The position numbers and the translations under genes are program-made. Under the pieces are notes generated by a model. That model was given only the letters and a program-made list of their open reading frames with translations. It was not told where the DNA came from and searched no databases. Positions 48,740 to 58,435 of a stretch of 64,000 bases of DNA are shown piece by piece. The stretch comes from Candidatus Paceibacter sp. (GTDB lineage: Bacteria > Patescibacteriota > Patescibacteriia > Magasanikbacterales > UBA922), in assembly GCA_020725175.1 (NCBI GenBank), contig DYFM01000002.1, forward strand, positions 36,880 through 100,879, read 5' to 3'. How positions within the stretch are numbered: the stretch's first letter is position 1; every line of letters starts with the position of its first letter.

Positions 48740-49483
48740 CTATTTCCCCATCCGTTCAAACGCCCGCAACACTTCCAATGGTATCGCAAAGATAACGGTA
48801 TTTGATTGGTCTGAACTGAGGTCGTTTAATGTACTCAGGGTGCGAAGATGAAGTGCTCCCGGGGTGTTTGCCAAGAGATTGGCTGCTTTGGCAATATTTT
48901 CGGCGGCTATCACTTCACCGCTCGCCTTGATGATAACTGAGCGTTTTTCTCGTTCTGCCTCTGCTTGTTTGGCAATGACACGCTGCATATCGTCTGGCAA
49001 AATTACATCTTTCAGCTCCACACTTTCCACTTTGATTCCCCAGGGATCAGTGGCCCGATCCACAATTTCTTGAATTTTCTGGGCGGCTGCTTCACGATTT
49101 GCCAAGAGTTCGTCGAGCTCGAGTTCACCTACCACGTTTCGCATGGTGGTCTGCGCGAGTTGAGAGACGGCAAACCAAAAGTTTTCTACTTCTAGAATGG
49201 CTTTGGCAGCATCAACTACTTTATAGTAGATAACTGCATTGATCTTGGCTGAAATATTGTCTTTGGTGATGGCTTCTTGAAATGGTACGTCTACCGCCTT
49301 GGTACGCATATCTACTTTGGTCATGCTTTGAAAAATCGGCACAACAATTCGCCAACCTGGTTCCACCACTTTATGAAATCGTCCCATCATAAATTTTACG
49401 CCGCGTTGATACTGATTGACTTGGCGTAGAAAAGAGAGAATGAGAATGCCGACGATAACGAGAATGAGAAATGCTCCGCCCAT
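48740..49483 (-). CDS. SPFH/band 7 (stomatin-like) protein
   Basis: ITKDN, QLAQTT.RNVVG..ELDELL, TDPWGIKV, AEAEREKR. Confidence 0.93.
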   Translation of the reverse strand: MGGAFLILVIVGILILSFLRQVNQYQRGVKFMMGRFHKVVEPGWRIVVPIFQSMTKVDMRTKAVDVPFQEAITKDNISAKINAVIYYKVVDAAKAILEVENFWFAVSQLAQTTMRNVVGELELDELLANREAAAQKIQEIVDRATDPWGIKVESVELKDVILPDDMQRVIAKQAEAEREKRSVIIKASGEVIAAENIAKAANLLANTPGALHLRTLSTLNDLSSDQSNTVIFAIPLEVLRAFERMGK

Positions 49484-49522
49484 AGTGAAGTTTATTAGAA
49501 AATAAGTTAATAAGTTGATTGG

Positions 49523-49615
49523 TAACAGATAACAGATAACAGATAACAGATGTATCTTCTTCCAGGTTAGTCAAAACAACAAAATGTTATCTGATATTTG
49601 CTATCTGTTGTCTGA
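49523..49615. repeat. (TAACAGA)4 array with degenerate inverted arm
   Basis: TAACAGATAACAGATAACAGATAACAGA ... TTATCTG..CTATCTGTTGTCTG. Confidence 0.75.
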
Positions 49616-49654
49616 ATATAGTTATAAATATCATACGCTTATATCGCTTCCCTG

Positions 49655-50695
49655 TCAATTATTTCCACGCTTTTTTCCATGAAACTTCTTGTGAATATTT
49701 CGTAATTCTCGATCAGTAATGTGGGTATAGATTTGAGTGGTGGTTATCGATGAATGACCGAGCATCGTCTGAACACTGCGGATATCAGCGCCGTTTTGTA
49801 GTAAGTCGGTTGCAAAGGAATGGCGAAGGGTGTGAGGGGTTACCGGCTTGGTAATGCCAGCTGCTTTGGCGTACTTTTGGACGATTCGCTGTATGGTGCG
49901 AGTAGTCAGAGGTTCGTCACCCTCAGAAGGCAATCCCCCGGCCACCACTTTTTTAAATTTTTTAGATGTTTTATCAGTTTTATCCGTTTTAGACGTTGTA
50001 TGTGTTTTCTTACTCGCTCCCACTTTCCCATGCCCGATAAACAAATATGGATTGATATCATGGCGCAGATCTAAATATTTCTTCAACCAATATTTCGATT
50101 GTTCTGAGATAAACACTACTCGAGATTTACGCCCTTTTCCGGTGACGGTGAATTCTTCTTCTTTTAGATTAATATGGTCTTTTTTCAATCCGCTGAGTTC
50201 GGAAACACGTAGACCAGTGGAAAATAGTAATTCGAGAATGGCTTTGTCACGGTATTTCATGAGAACGTCCTCTGGTGTTTCAGCATCCTGGTTTACGACA
50301 GTAGGAGCTTCCAGAAGACGCGCGACTTCTTCGGGGGTAAGAAAGTGCACTTCTCGGTCCGGCATTTTCATAAGTTCTATCTTTTCCGGAGCGAGTGTTT
50401 TGATATCTCTTTTGGCGAGATACTTGAGAAACGAGCGGAGGGCGATCAAGTGGTAGTTTTGAGTATTTTTTTTGAGGGGGATATTGTGAACATCGACCAA
50501 ACGGTTGAGCCACAGGCGATACTTGCGCACATCTTCAGCGGTGATATCTTCCGGCTTTTTCTTGTTTCCAAACCAATCAAGAAATCGTTTCAAATAAAAA
50601 TCATAGTTTCGCAGTGTCATGTTGCTCCGATTGCGCTCGATTTCGAGGTGTTCGAGAAACTCGGTGAGGTAGGTTTGAAGGGGTTTTGTGGGCAT
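49655..50695 (-). CDS. XerC/XerD-family tyrosine recombinase
   Basis: TGLRVSEL, GKG.K.R, TPHTLRHSFAT.LL..GAD, LGHS...TTQIYTH. Confidence 0.92.
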   Translation of the reverse strand: MPTKPLQTYLTEFLEHLEIERNRSNMTLRNYDFYLKRFLDWFGNKKKPEDITAEDVRKYRLWLNRLVDVHNIPLKKNTQNYHLIALRSFLKYLAKRDIKTLAPEKIELMKMPDREVHFLTPEEVARLLEAPTVVNQDAETPEDVLMKYRDKAILELLFSTGLRVSELSGLKKDHINLKEEEFTVTGKGRKSRVVFISEQSKYWLKKYLDLRHDINPYLFIGHGKVGASKKTHTTSKTDKTDKTSKKFKKVVAGGLPSEGDEPLTTRTIQRIVQKYAKAAGITKPVTPHTLRHSFATDLLQNGADIRSVQTMLGHSSITTTQIYTHITDRELRNIHKKFHGKKRGNN

Positions 50696-50710
50696 AGGGT
50701 GGTGGAGGAT

Positions 50711-50854
50711 TACAAAGCTTTTGAGGCTTATGACGCTTGTAAGGCAAATAATTGTTTGTGAATTGTTTGCAAAGCTATCCTTTGTACATCGCGTGGTTGT
50801 CTTTAGCCATAGTGCCTTGTAAGCCTTGTTGGCTTTGTAGGCATTGCAAGCCTT
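50711..50854. repeat. Palindrome of ~9-nt AGGCTT/AAGCCT units
   Basis: GAGGCTTATGACGCTTGTAAGGC ... GCCTTGTAAGCCTTG; similar arms at 9159-9202 and 59761-59807. Confidence 0.65.
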
Positions 50855-50923
50855 TATATTGTACGACATATTTCAAAAAAGCGCAAATGGCAGAGAATAG
50901 CTCAATAAAGCTAAAAAAGAGCA

Positions 50924-50952
50924 TTGACAAAAGTGCTTTTTTGTGCTATACT
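50924..50952 (+). promoter_or_regulatory. Sigma70 promoter
   Basis: TTGACA-17 nt-TATACT with extended TG. Confidence 0.8.
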
Positions 50953-51033
50953 ATATATGTAGGAAACAATAAAATAATAAAACAATTCGTTCTTCTAGGT
51001 CAAAAACATTAATACAAACATAAACACAAACAT

Positions 51034-51150
51034 ATGCAACACCCAAAATACGGTGTCGCAGGCGCACCAGAATCGTCTGCCTTTTCTTTGGTTTATTTAT
51101 ACCTTCTCGCCGGTATCACCCTTTTGGTAGCGGTTTTTTTGTTGGTGTAA
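51034..51150 (+). CDS. 38-aa single-TM small protein
   Basis: MQHPKYGVAGAPESSAFSLVYLYLLAGITLLVAVFLLV downstream of a consensus promoter. Confidence 0.4.
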   Translation: MQHPKYGVAGAPESSAFSLVYLYLLAGITLLVAVFLLV

Positions 51151-51174
51151 TTTTTTATAACCAATCATGACTTT

Positions 51175-51522
51175 ATGCGTTCTTCCACTATTGGTGAAAA
51201 TCTAGAAGGTATTCCGTCAAACGGTATATCTACCTCGGAAACTAATACTCAAGAAGAGGCTGCAGACGATGGGTACAGACGAGCACTGCAATTATTGAAT
51301 AAATACAAAGAAAACGGTAGCTTACCAATCAATGAGTTAACAATGTTGTACAACTATTGGAAAGGCTTTGGAAGAAGTTCTGAAGGAAGAGAAAAAGCGC
51401 TTGAATTACAGACGTATGCATATGAGAATGAAGTTAATGTGAAGGCTTTATTGACTACGTTTTCCAAGATGGACAAGGGTATGAACAGAGAAGAAACTTC
51501 TAAGCAGGGGTATATAGCCTAA
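51175..51522 (+). CDS. Hypothetical protein
   Basis: 115-aa ORF. Confidence 0.55.
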   Translation: MRSSTIGENLEGIPSNGISTSETNTQEEAADDGYRRALQLLNKYKENGSLPINELTMLYNYWKGFGRSSEGREKALELQTYAYENEVNVKALLTTFSKMDKGMNREETSKQGYIA

Positions 51523-51555
51523 AGTAGACTTTTTATTGTCATTTCTAGGTACAGC

Positions 51556-52029
51556 ATGAAAAAAAAGATATCGTTTATATTAATTCTCCCCAACATCCGC
51601 TCCTGTCATAATGTCGGTGCCATGTTTCGGACTGCGGACGCGTGTGGGGTAGGCATGATATACTTGGTGGGGTATACTCCCGCACCGCCAAAACCGCAGA
51701 TCGATAAAGTATCTCTTGGGGCAGAGAAGTGGGTAATGTGGAAGTCGGTTCGACACTTGAAACCATTGATTACCCGGTTGAAAAAACAAGGTTTTCAGAT
51801 AGTTGCCCTTGAAAAAACCGATTCGAGTATAGACATTGGAAAAGCAACATTTCAAAAACCGGTGGCGCTGATTGTGGGAAATGAAGTGGATGGTGTTCAT
51901 CCTGAAATACTGCACCTTTGTGACCAAGTGGTCCATATTCCAATGCGCGGGAAGAAAGAAAGTCTCAATGTGAGTGTGGCGGCGGGAATTGGGATGTATG
52001 TTGTTTCTGATCAGTTGAGAAGAGGGTGA
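51556..52029 (+). CDS. SpoU/TrmH-family RNA methyltransferase
   Basis: NVGAMFRTAD, GNE..G, IPM.G..ESLNVSVA. Confidence 0.92.
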   Translation: MKKKISFILILPNIRSCHNVGAMFRTADACGVGMIYLVGYTPAPPKPQIDKVSLGAEKWVMWKSVRHLKPLITRLKKQGFQIVALEKTDSSIDIGKATFQKPVALIVGNEVDGVHPEILHLCDQVVHIPMRGKKESLNVSVAAGIGMYVVSDQLRRG

Positions 52030-52130
52030 GGTTTATGAAAAAAGGAAGGTCGTTAATTGAAAGGAAATGAGTACTTTTTCATATTAGGTGGCATAAAATA
52101 ATTAAATTTTACTTAATTCCATTTAACTCT

Positions 52131-53141
52131 ATGTCAGACACAAACAAACCTAGTTCAGAGTCACCTGTTTACCATTTAGAAGGGGGTAATGAGAGCAAAA
52201 AAAATACTCTTCAACTGACGCCTGGAGAAAAGGTTCCTCATAGTATAACAACATACGTCCGTTTCGATACAGAATATGGTGAAGTGCTTGTGAGTCAGGA
52301 AAAACTTCGAAGAAAGTTTCATGGATTAACATCAGTAAGTGATTCATCTGTTAGTACTGTAACATGTCGTTTAGACAGTGGAGTGGAGTTAGGGTTAGAA
52401 CTTGATTGCTATCTTGATTTTACTGATCCGATAGTGCAGAACACTGCAGTTTATGTTAATGAGATAACTATCGTAAGTATAAAGAAAGATGGGCAAGAAT
52501 TGCCATCTATCACTATTAAACAACGTGAAGAAACTGTCAGTCCCGGTAGTGCGAGTCTAATTTATGAAGCTCCTCCAACCAAGACAACTTCTGCATACCG
52601 TGAAAGAAATGTTCCAAGTGACGGTGCAGAAAGTTTAGAAGGAGGTGGTGAACATGGGCGGTTGGTGTTAGATGATATGAGACGAAGAGTCAAAAGTAAG
52701 ATGTTATTTGAAATTTTTAAACGACGATATAAAGAATTGAAGTCAGCTTTAAATGGTAATACCGAAAATAATGAAGACCATGTTGAACAGATTCATACTC
52801 TGGTGTTAGCACTAACAGGTATGCAAAAGTCAACTATAAGTGATCTTGATTTTGCACTTACCGATACACCAACTCAACACTCAGAGGAAATCAGGAATTT
52901 TTATTTTGTGGTTAATGAGAATGGCGTGAAACAATATTATAATAATGATGAAATTAAGATGTATAAGATGCTGCTTGTGTCAATAAATAAGTTGTTTGAT
53001 GAACTTGTACGTGGGCTTAGTGTTTTAGAAGGGGACGAGGAAATTAATAGAACAGATAAAGCTCGTCGTGTTCTTGAATTATTAGAAACATATATTACCT
53101 CATTTGAATCGGCATTAAACGAACTTTCTTATAATAGCTAG
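52131..53141 (+). CDS. Hypothetical protein
   Basis: 336-aa ORF, no recognised motif. Confidence 0.6.
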   Translation: MSDTNKPSSESPVYHLEGGNESKKNTLQLTPGEKVPHSITTYVRFDTEYGEVLVSQEKLRRKFHGLTSVSDSSVSTVTCRLDSGVELGLELDCYLDFTDPIVQNTAVYVNEITIVSIKKDGQELPSITIKQREETVSPGSASLIYEAPPTKTTSAYRERNVPSDGAESLEGGGEHGRLVLDDMRRRVKSKMLFEIFKRRYKELKSALNGNTENNEDHVEQIHTLVLALTGMQKSTISDLDFALTDTPTQHSEEIRNFYFVVNENGVKQYYNNDEIKMYKMLLVSINKLFDELVRGLSVLEGDEEINRTDKARRVLELLETYITSFESALNELSYNS

Positions 53142-53194
53142 TTTGGACATATTGCGTGGTTTTTGGTATACTGTATCTATCTAGCCACGCATAT

Positions 53195-53896
53195 ATGGAT
53201 CACACCACATTCACCCACACCTACCACATCTTTGAGCGGTTTTATGAACGGACGCAGGCGTATATCCCACGGGATGTGCGGGTTGAGCTTGAGGAGGTGT
53301 TGGAAGCAGTGCAGGGGCATGAAGAGATGGTGCTTGAAGATCTGGAAGATGTCATGATTGCTTTTGGGCGGCGAGTGTGGCCATATCGAAAAGCCTTTCA
53401 AGATGTACTTCGGCATGTAGAAGAGCGAGTAGGAGAATCATTTCTTCTCCAGCGCGTAACCCCGGCGATGCGGCGGCGATATCACGCCTTTGTCGCAGCC
53501 GGTGGAACCATTGAGACCCTTCGAACCGGATCACCGGCAGCGTATTTTGATCATGACGAGCGCGTGGTACTTTGCGAAGCCTTTGTGGAAATGGAGCAGG
53601 ATGTGCGACAGTTTACACTTCAATCCATCAAAAGCACGGAAAAACAATTCTTTACCGAAAAATTGCAGAAGTATACCTTGCTTCTCAATGAAATAGAAGC
53701 ACAACTGGATGTACTTCGGGCAATGGCTGAAAAAGAAGCTGAGCACCCTCGGTTACGAGAAGAAATATTGGCACAAGTACGAGGGTTTGAATATGGATTT
53801 TGCTTTTTGAATCAAGAAACCGAGCACGCGGCCGTGTGTCAGGCGGTAGAGCATTTTGCCGGAAGAAAAGTGGAGATGCGCGTGTTGCTTGGGTAA
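53195..53896 (+). CDS. Hypothetical helical protein
   Basis: Long ORF ending before a bidirectional terminator. Confidence 0.65.
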   Translation: MDHTTFTHTYHIFERFYERTQAYIPRDVRVELEEVLEAVQGHEEMVLEDLEDVMIAFGRRVWPYRKAFQDVLRHVEERVGESFLLQRVTPAMRRRYHAFVAAGGTIETLRTGSPAAYFDHDERVVLCEAFVEMEQDVRQFTLQSIKSTEKQFFTEKLQKYTLLLNEIEAQLDVLRAMAEKEAEHPRLREEILAQVRGFEYGFCFLNQETEHAAVCQAVEHFAGRKVEMRVLLG

Positions 53897-53910
53897 ACAC
53901 CAGAACACTG

Positions 53911-53937
53911 AAAACCCCGGAACAAGTCCGGGGTTTT
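53911..53937. terminator. Bidirectional terminator
   Basis: AAAACCCCGGA-loop-TCCGGGGTTTT. Confidence 0.85.
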
Positions 53938-53938
53938 G

Positions 53939-55234
53939 TTATTTTTTTGAAGCAATATCTATTTTAATCATTTGTTCCAGACGGCGAATGTCGGCGAGGA
54001 GCTTGGATCGTTCTTTATGAAACATGATAATATTGAACACGCTACTGCCGCCGTGCTTGGCATAGCGACACATGTCACCAATTTTTTTATTGATCGTTAT
54101 TTTTTGAAACGATTCCAGTTCTTGAGCTTTTTTCACACCGGAAAGTTTGGTAAGACGTCCTTCTTTTTTGGCAAAAAATTTCATGGCAACACTGTATCCG
54201 ATGACTTTTTTTGGCATGTCCACTTTTTCCGGAATACGGACATTGATATCATTCATGGTCAGATTGACTCCAAATGACATGTCATAGAGTTCTTGTCGAA
54301 ATCCGCCGATCCGAGGACCGAGTTCGATTACTTTCCAGCCGTGTTCTGTGCGCATGAGTTCAATATGAACAGTCGTACTGCGAAGCGCTAGGGCATGGAT
54401 TGCTTCGGTGGCTACCTGTTCGGCCGCTTGGATACTTTCTTTTTTGAGGAGGGTAGGAGTAATTTGTTGATATCCAAAAAAGTCGTCAAAACCAATAGCG
54501 CGCCCGGTTTTGATATGAACCGGAGGATTGTAATACACCTTGCCGCGACTAGTTACGTGAGCATCAAACGAATACATTTCTCCTTCCATAAATTGTTCCA
54601 CCAGTACTTTTGGTTCCCAGCGTCCATCATTGTGTTTGTACGCAGACTTGATACTACGAAATATTTTTCCTAATACCTTTTCCAGCTCTTCTTTATGGTA
54701 GACAATACTAACAAGCTTGCTCGCTCCAAGACCGGTTGGTTTTACAATGGCCGGAAACCCGACACGTTCTTCAATTTTTTTTACCGATTCTTTTGATATG
54801 TCGTCAACGAGGGTATAGGCCGGAGTAATTTTTTTGTTATGGATAAACAAGCGGCGACGCATCCAGACTTTATCGGTAGCCCAGCGGAGCGATTCCGGAG
54901 TAGGGGTTTTGAGATACGGTACATGTGGGACGATACGAGAAAGAAGTGGTATCCCATCGTCACCACGGCTGGTAATTGCTAGAAGTTCACTATTGTAAGG
55001 GAGTAGGGCTTTTTGGATGGCCTTGTCGGAAGAAGTATCGCAGGAAATAGTAATGTCCGCGGCTGCAATCATGCGCTCCAACTTGGGGGTAGTTTTAGTA
55101 CGAGAATCAATCAAGAGACAGATACGGTACGTTTTGTGGTGTTTTTTTTCATACATTCGAACACCTTCGATCATGTAGTCGTATACTTTTCCAACAAAAA
55201 TAATAATGTTTTTTTCCGGAGCAAGTTTTGCCAT
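53939..55234 (-). CDS. ATP-grasp domain ligase
   Basis: DK..MR, GFP.IVKP..LGAS, LVEQFMEG, H.E, IE..PRIGG. Confidence 0.85.
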   Translation of the reverse strand: MAKLAPEKNIIIFVGKVYDYMIEGVRMYEKKHHKTYRICLLIDSRTKTTPKLERMIAAADITISCDTSSDKAIQKALLPYNSELLAITSRGDDGIPLLSRIVPHVPYLKTPTPESLRWATDKVWMRRRLFIHNKKITPAYTLVDDISKESVKKIEERVGFPAIVKPTGLGASKLVSIVYHKEELEKVLGKIFRSIKSAYKHNDGRWEPKVLVEQFMEGEMYSFDAHVTSRGKVYYNPPVHIKTGRAIGFDDFFGYQQITPTLLKKESIQAAEQVATEAIHALALRSTTVHIELMRTEHGWKVIELGPRIGGFRQELYDMSFGVNLTMNDINVRIPEKVDMPKKVIGYSVAMKFFAKKEGRLTKLSGVKKAQELESFQKITINKKIGDMCRYAKHGGSSVFNIIMFHKERSKLLADIRRLEQMIKIDIASKK

Positions 55235-55390
55235 ACAAAAGAAAGTTAGATGATACTAGTAGCGTAACAAGAAATGTATCATCTGCCAACCGAGTAAAAG
55301 AAATACCGTGAGCATACACACGGTAGAGCGCATAGTATAGTAAAAAAAGATGAAAAAGTCAATATGAAGACGGTGTCGGTGCTGCTATTA

Positions 55391-56362
55391 TCAAAGCAGT
55401 TTCTTTGGTGTGATGGATGGGTACGTGTTGATCATCTTTTGGATACTTCGGGAAGTCAAGAGGCCTCGTTGGGCGCCATAGGCACTAATTACGCCGGCAG
55501 CATTGGCAGTTCCCCATTGCATTGCTACGGGAATTGTTTTCTGTTTTATAAATGCACTCAAAAAACCACTGGCGTACGCGTCTCCAGCCCCGGTTTTTGC
55601 TACGACCGGTACTGGGTATGGTGTCATGGAAAAAGAATGGTGTTGGTGGCGGACAAATGATCCTCGGACACTATCGGTAATGACTACGGTTTCGGGACCC
55701 ATTGCTTGGAGGAGGGTGAGGAGTTTTGTGGTCCGTTTTCGCTTTCCGGTGATTGTTTCCGCTTCTTCTTTGTTTACAAACAGTAGTGAGGTGCGAGGGA
55801 GAATGGTGCGAATGTGAGACAGACCGTCTTTTAGTTGAAATGATCCCGGGTTGAGAGCCAGTTTTGTTTCCGGGTGACGTACTAGGTGCTGTTCCAGTTT
55901 GTGTTGGAGTTGTTCAAAAGATGCGCCAAGTGATGTGTAGTAAATCCAGTTGCTATCGGGAAGGTTTGGTAGTGTATATGAGCGGGGTGAAAAATAGGAG
56001 AGGATTGTTCGCTCGCCTTTGTAATTGAGGACTACCGAATAGCGGGTTTCTTTATTCCGGTGTACTTTTACCCATTTGGTGTCAATGTGTTGCCGTTCAA
56101 GTTCAGCTAATACAGTATGGCCATTGAGATCATCTCCAAGTTCAGTAACTAAAGCAACGTTCAGACCAAGCTTTTTGACTCCAGCCGCTACATTGGCCGC
56201 ATTACCGCCCATAGATTGCGCGGTATCTTTGATATACATTTTTTCTCCATAATGTAATGAGAGCCACCGTCGTTCTTTGTCAAGACGAATGTTTGTTTCA
56301 TCTTCATCAAGAATGAGAAAGGTGTCGAGGGTGGTGTCGCCTATGGTTAGTACATCTATCAT
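55391..56362 (-). CDS. PfkB-family carbohydrate kinase
   Basis: GGNAANVA, LGDD..G, N.EEA, TGAGDAY.SGF. Confidence 0.92.
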   Translation of the reverse strand: MIDVLTIGDTTLDTFLILDEDETNIRLDKERRWLSLHYGEKMYIKDTAQSMGGNAANVAAGVKKLGLNVALVTELGDDLNGHTVLAELERQHIDTKWVKVHRNKETRYSVVLNYKGERTILSYFSPRSYTLPNLPDSNWIYYTSLGASFEQLQHKLEQHLVRHPETKLALNPGSFQLKDGLSHIRTILPRTSLLFVNKEEAETITGKRKRTTKLLTLLQAMGPETVVITDSVRGSFVRHQHHSFSMTPYPVPVVAKTGAGDAYASGFLSAFIKQKTIPVAMQWGTANAAGVISAYGAQRGLLTSRSIQKMINTYPSITPKKLL

Positions 56363-56380
56363 ACTTGTAAATATTGATGG

Positions 56381-56577
56381 TACGGATACTTTACTGATTA
56401 CGGATAATACGGAGTTACTGATACTTTACGGATTACGGATAGTACGGAGTTACGGATATTTGTGTTGCGGATTAGGTTGATAAGCAGAGTAAGCAGATTA
56501 AGCTAATAAAACACCAGGGCCTATTCCGCTTCTATCAAAAATCCGTACCTCCGTATTATCCGTAATCAGTAAGGTAT
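56381..56577. repeat. Nested TACGGA palindrome with inner GCAGAGTA units
   Basis: TTACTGATTACGGATAATACGGAG ... CTCCGTATTATCCGTAATCAGTAA; same architecture as 16165-16344. Confidence 0.85.
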
Positions 56578-56591
56578 AGCTATTGACGTAA

Positions 56592-56900
56592 CTACCGTAA
56601 TTTCTTATACCTCTTTAAATCCTCCGGGCTATGTTTATGAAGTCCTAAATAGATTTCGATAAATTCTACCAGTGACGCAAGTCCAAGCCCGGCCATGGCG
56701 ATGGCGAAGATGGGTTCATTTTTATAGAGGGCAAAGATAAAGAGACAGGCGGCGCCGATGAATTTTACCAGATCTTGCCGACGTTCTTACTCGACAAATA
56801 CTCCGTACGTAAGAAGAACTCCACCAAGGACGGCGAGAATATAGAGAATAGTGATGAGGGTAGATTCGGGAAGGAAGGGGAGGAGGTTTTCGAGTAACAT
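56592..56900 (-). pseudogene. Small membrane protein, paralogue of neighbour, with TAA at 56787 and a frameshift near 56722
   Basis: TYGVFVE*ERRQD...EPIF aligns with TYAIFIKQETKQD...DPIF of 56979-57233. Confidence 0.7.
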
Positions 56901-56978
56901 ACATTGTAATTTTCAAGATACAAGAAACAAGGTACAAATAAATCCCAAATGATAATTTCCAAGTTCCAATTTGTATTG

Positions 56979-57233
56979 TTATTTGGAAATTGGTGTTTGT
57001 TTTTTGTAATTTACACGCAGTGTGTATATTTCATACAAACTCGCGCCGACAAAAATAACTTGGAGGGGGATAAAAATGGGATCTTTGAGAGAGATACTAT
57101 AGACAAGAAGAAATAATCCACCAAAGACAAAAAACCAATCTTGTTTGGTTTCTTGCTTGATAAAAATGGCGTAGGTGATGAGAATGAGACCGATAGCGCC
57201 GGAGAGTTTTGGGAGTATTTCGAGGATGTTCAT
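56979..57233 (-). CDS. Small 3-TM membrane protein
   Basis: Hydrophobic 84-aa ORF; flanked by CCAAAT/TTGGAA-type repeat tracts. Confidence 0.7.
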   Translation of the reverse strand: MNILEILPKLSGAIGLILITYAIFIKQETKQDWFFVFGGLFLLVYSISLKDPIFIPLQVIFVGASLYEIYTLRVNYKKQTPISK

Positions 57234-57365
57234 ATGGAGATAGTATACCATGTAAACATAAAAATCCCAAATTACAAATACCAATTTCCAAAGTGGACTT
57301 GGATTGGGTACTGTAAGTTGGGATTTAGTTGGAAATTGTAATTTGAAATTTGGAATTTATCGCTG

Positions 57366-58328
57366 TCATTCTTCCCACTGATTGATATATCCAATCGCCG
57401 TCAACGCCGCTGTAACTCCTTGACCGGCGGCGATGGCAATTTGTTTGTATGGAATATTGGTGACGTCTCCGGCGGCGAAGATACCTTTGCAGCTGGTTTC
57501 ACCAATCATGTTGACCTCTATTTCGCCCACATCATTTTTCTTGGCACAGTCAACAAAACTGGAATTGGGAATGGCACCGATATGGACCATGACTCCTTGT
57601 AGCGCCAGTTCTTTCATTTCTTTTGTTGTCATGTCTTCATAGGTGATCGCGCTCACGAGACCATTGCCGAGAATTTCTTTGGTATTTGCGTTGTATACCA
57701 CTTCAACGTTTGGCAATTCTTTCACTCGTTTTACCAGAATATCTTCAGCTTTGGGGAAGCCACCTTTAAACTTTGGTTCATTAGGGTATTTTGTTACGAG
57801 ATAAACTTTTTCGGCAATGCCACTCATCATGAGGGCAGATTCAATGGCCGCGTTACCGGCACCGATCGTAGCTGTTGTTTTCCCTTTGAACAGTGGTCCG
57901 TCACAAACCGTACAGTAGGTCACACCACGGCCTTTGAGTTCTACTTCTCCTGGGATGTTGAGGTTTCTCGGGTGAATACCACTTCCAATGATGACGGCTT
58001 TGGTGCGAAAGTGTTGTTCTTCTCCGAGAGTACTTTTACAGGAGACAATATGAACATTTCCTTCGGTTTTGATACCGGTGACTTCGAGCCCTTGACGAAT
58101 GTCGGAGTTGTACGATTTGGCGTGTTCATGAAATTTTTGGGCCAATTCAAAGCCGGTGGTATGAATAATACCGGGCCAGTTTTCTACTTCACCGGAGAGA
58201 GCCACTTCTCCGCCAATATCTTTGGCAATGACAACAAAATCCAGATTACGGCGAGCGGCGTAGACAGCGGCGGAACAGCCGGCAGCAGCGGCACCAATAA
58301 TAACGAGGTCGTGGAGTTTTTGGGACAT
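57366..58328 (-). CDS. trxB: Thioredoxin reductase
   Basis: VENWPG, GRGVTYCTVCDG, GAGNAA, GIFAAGDV, QIAIAAGQG. Confidence 0.92.
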   Translation of the reverse strand: MSQKLHDLVIIGAAAAGCSAAVYAARRNLDFVVIAKDIGGEVALSGEVENWPGIIHTTGFELAQKFHEHAKSYNSDIRQGLEVTGIKTEGNVHIVSCKSTLGEEQHFRTKAVIIGSGIHPRNLNIPGEVELKGRGVTYCTVCDGPLFKGKTTATIGAGNAAIESALMMSGIAEKVYLVTKYPNEPKFKGGFPKAEDILVKRVKELPNVEVVYNANTKEILGNGLVSAITYEDMTTKEMKELALQGVMVHIGAIPNSSFVDCAKKNDVGEIEVNMIGETSCKGIFAAGDVTNIPYKQIAIAAGQGVTAALTAIGYINQWEE

Positions 58329-58334
58329 ATTGGA

Positions 58335-58401
58335 AAATCATAAATCCTAAATCATAAATCCTAAATCATGTCGATTTATGATTTCTGATTTTTCATTTAT
58401 G
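58335..58401. repeat. Palindrome of (AAATCMT) heptamers
   Basis: AAATCATAAATCCTAAATCATAAATCCT ... GATTTATGATTTCTGATTT. Confidence 0.8.
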
Positions 58402-58435
58402 ACTTCAACAAGTTAACCATTTTTAACAATAATCG

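Noticed and set aside
49655-50695. Prophage or integron integrase next to tRNA-His
   Set aside because: Xer-like motifs, no integron-specific insertion recognised, no att duplication of the tRNA and no phage genes.
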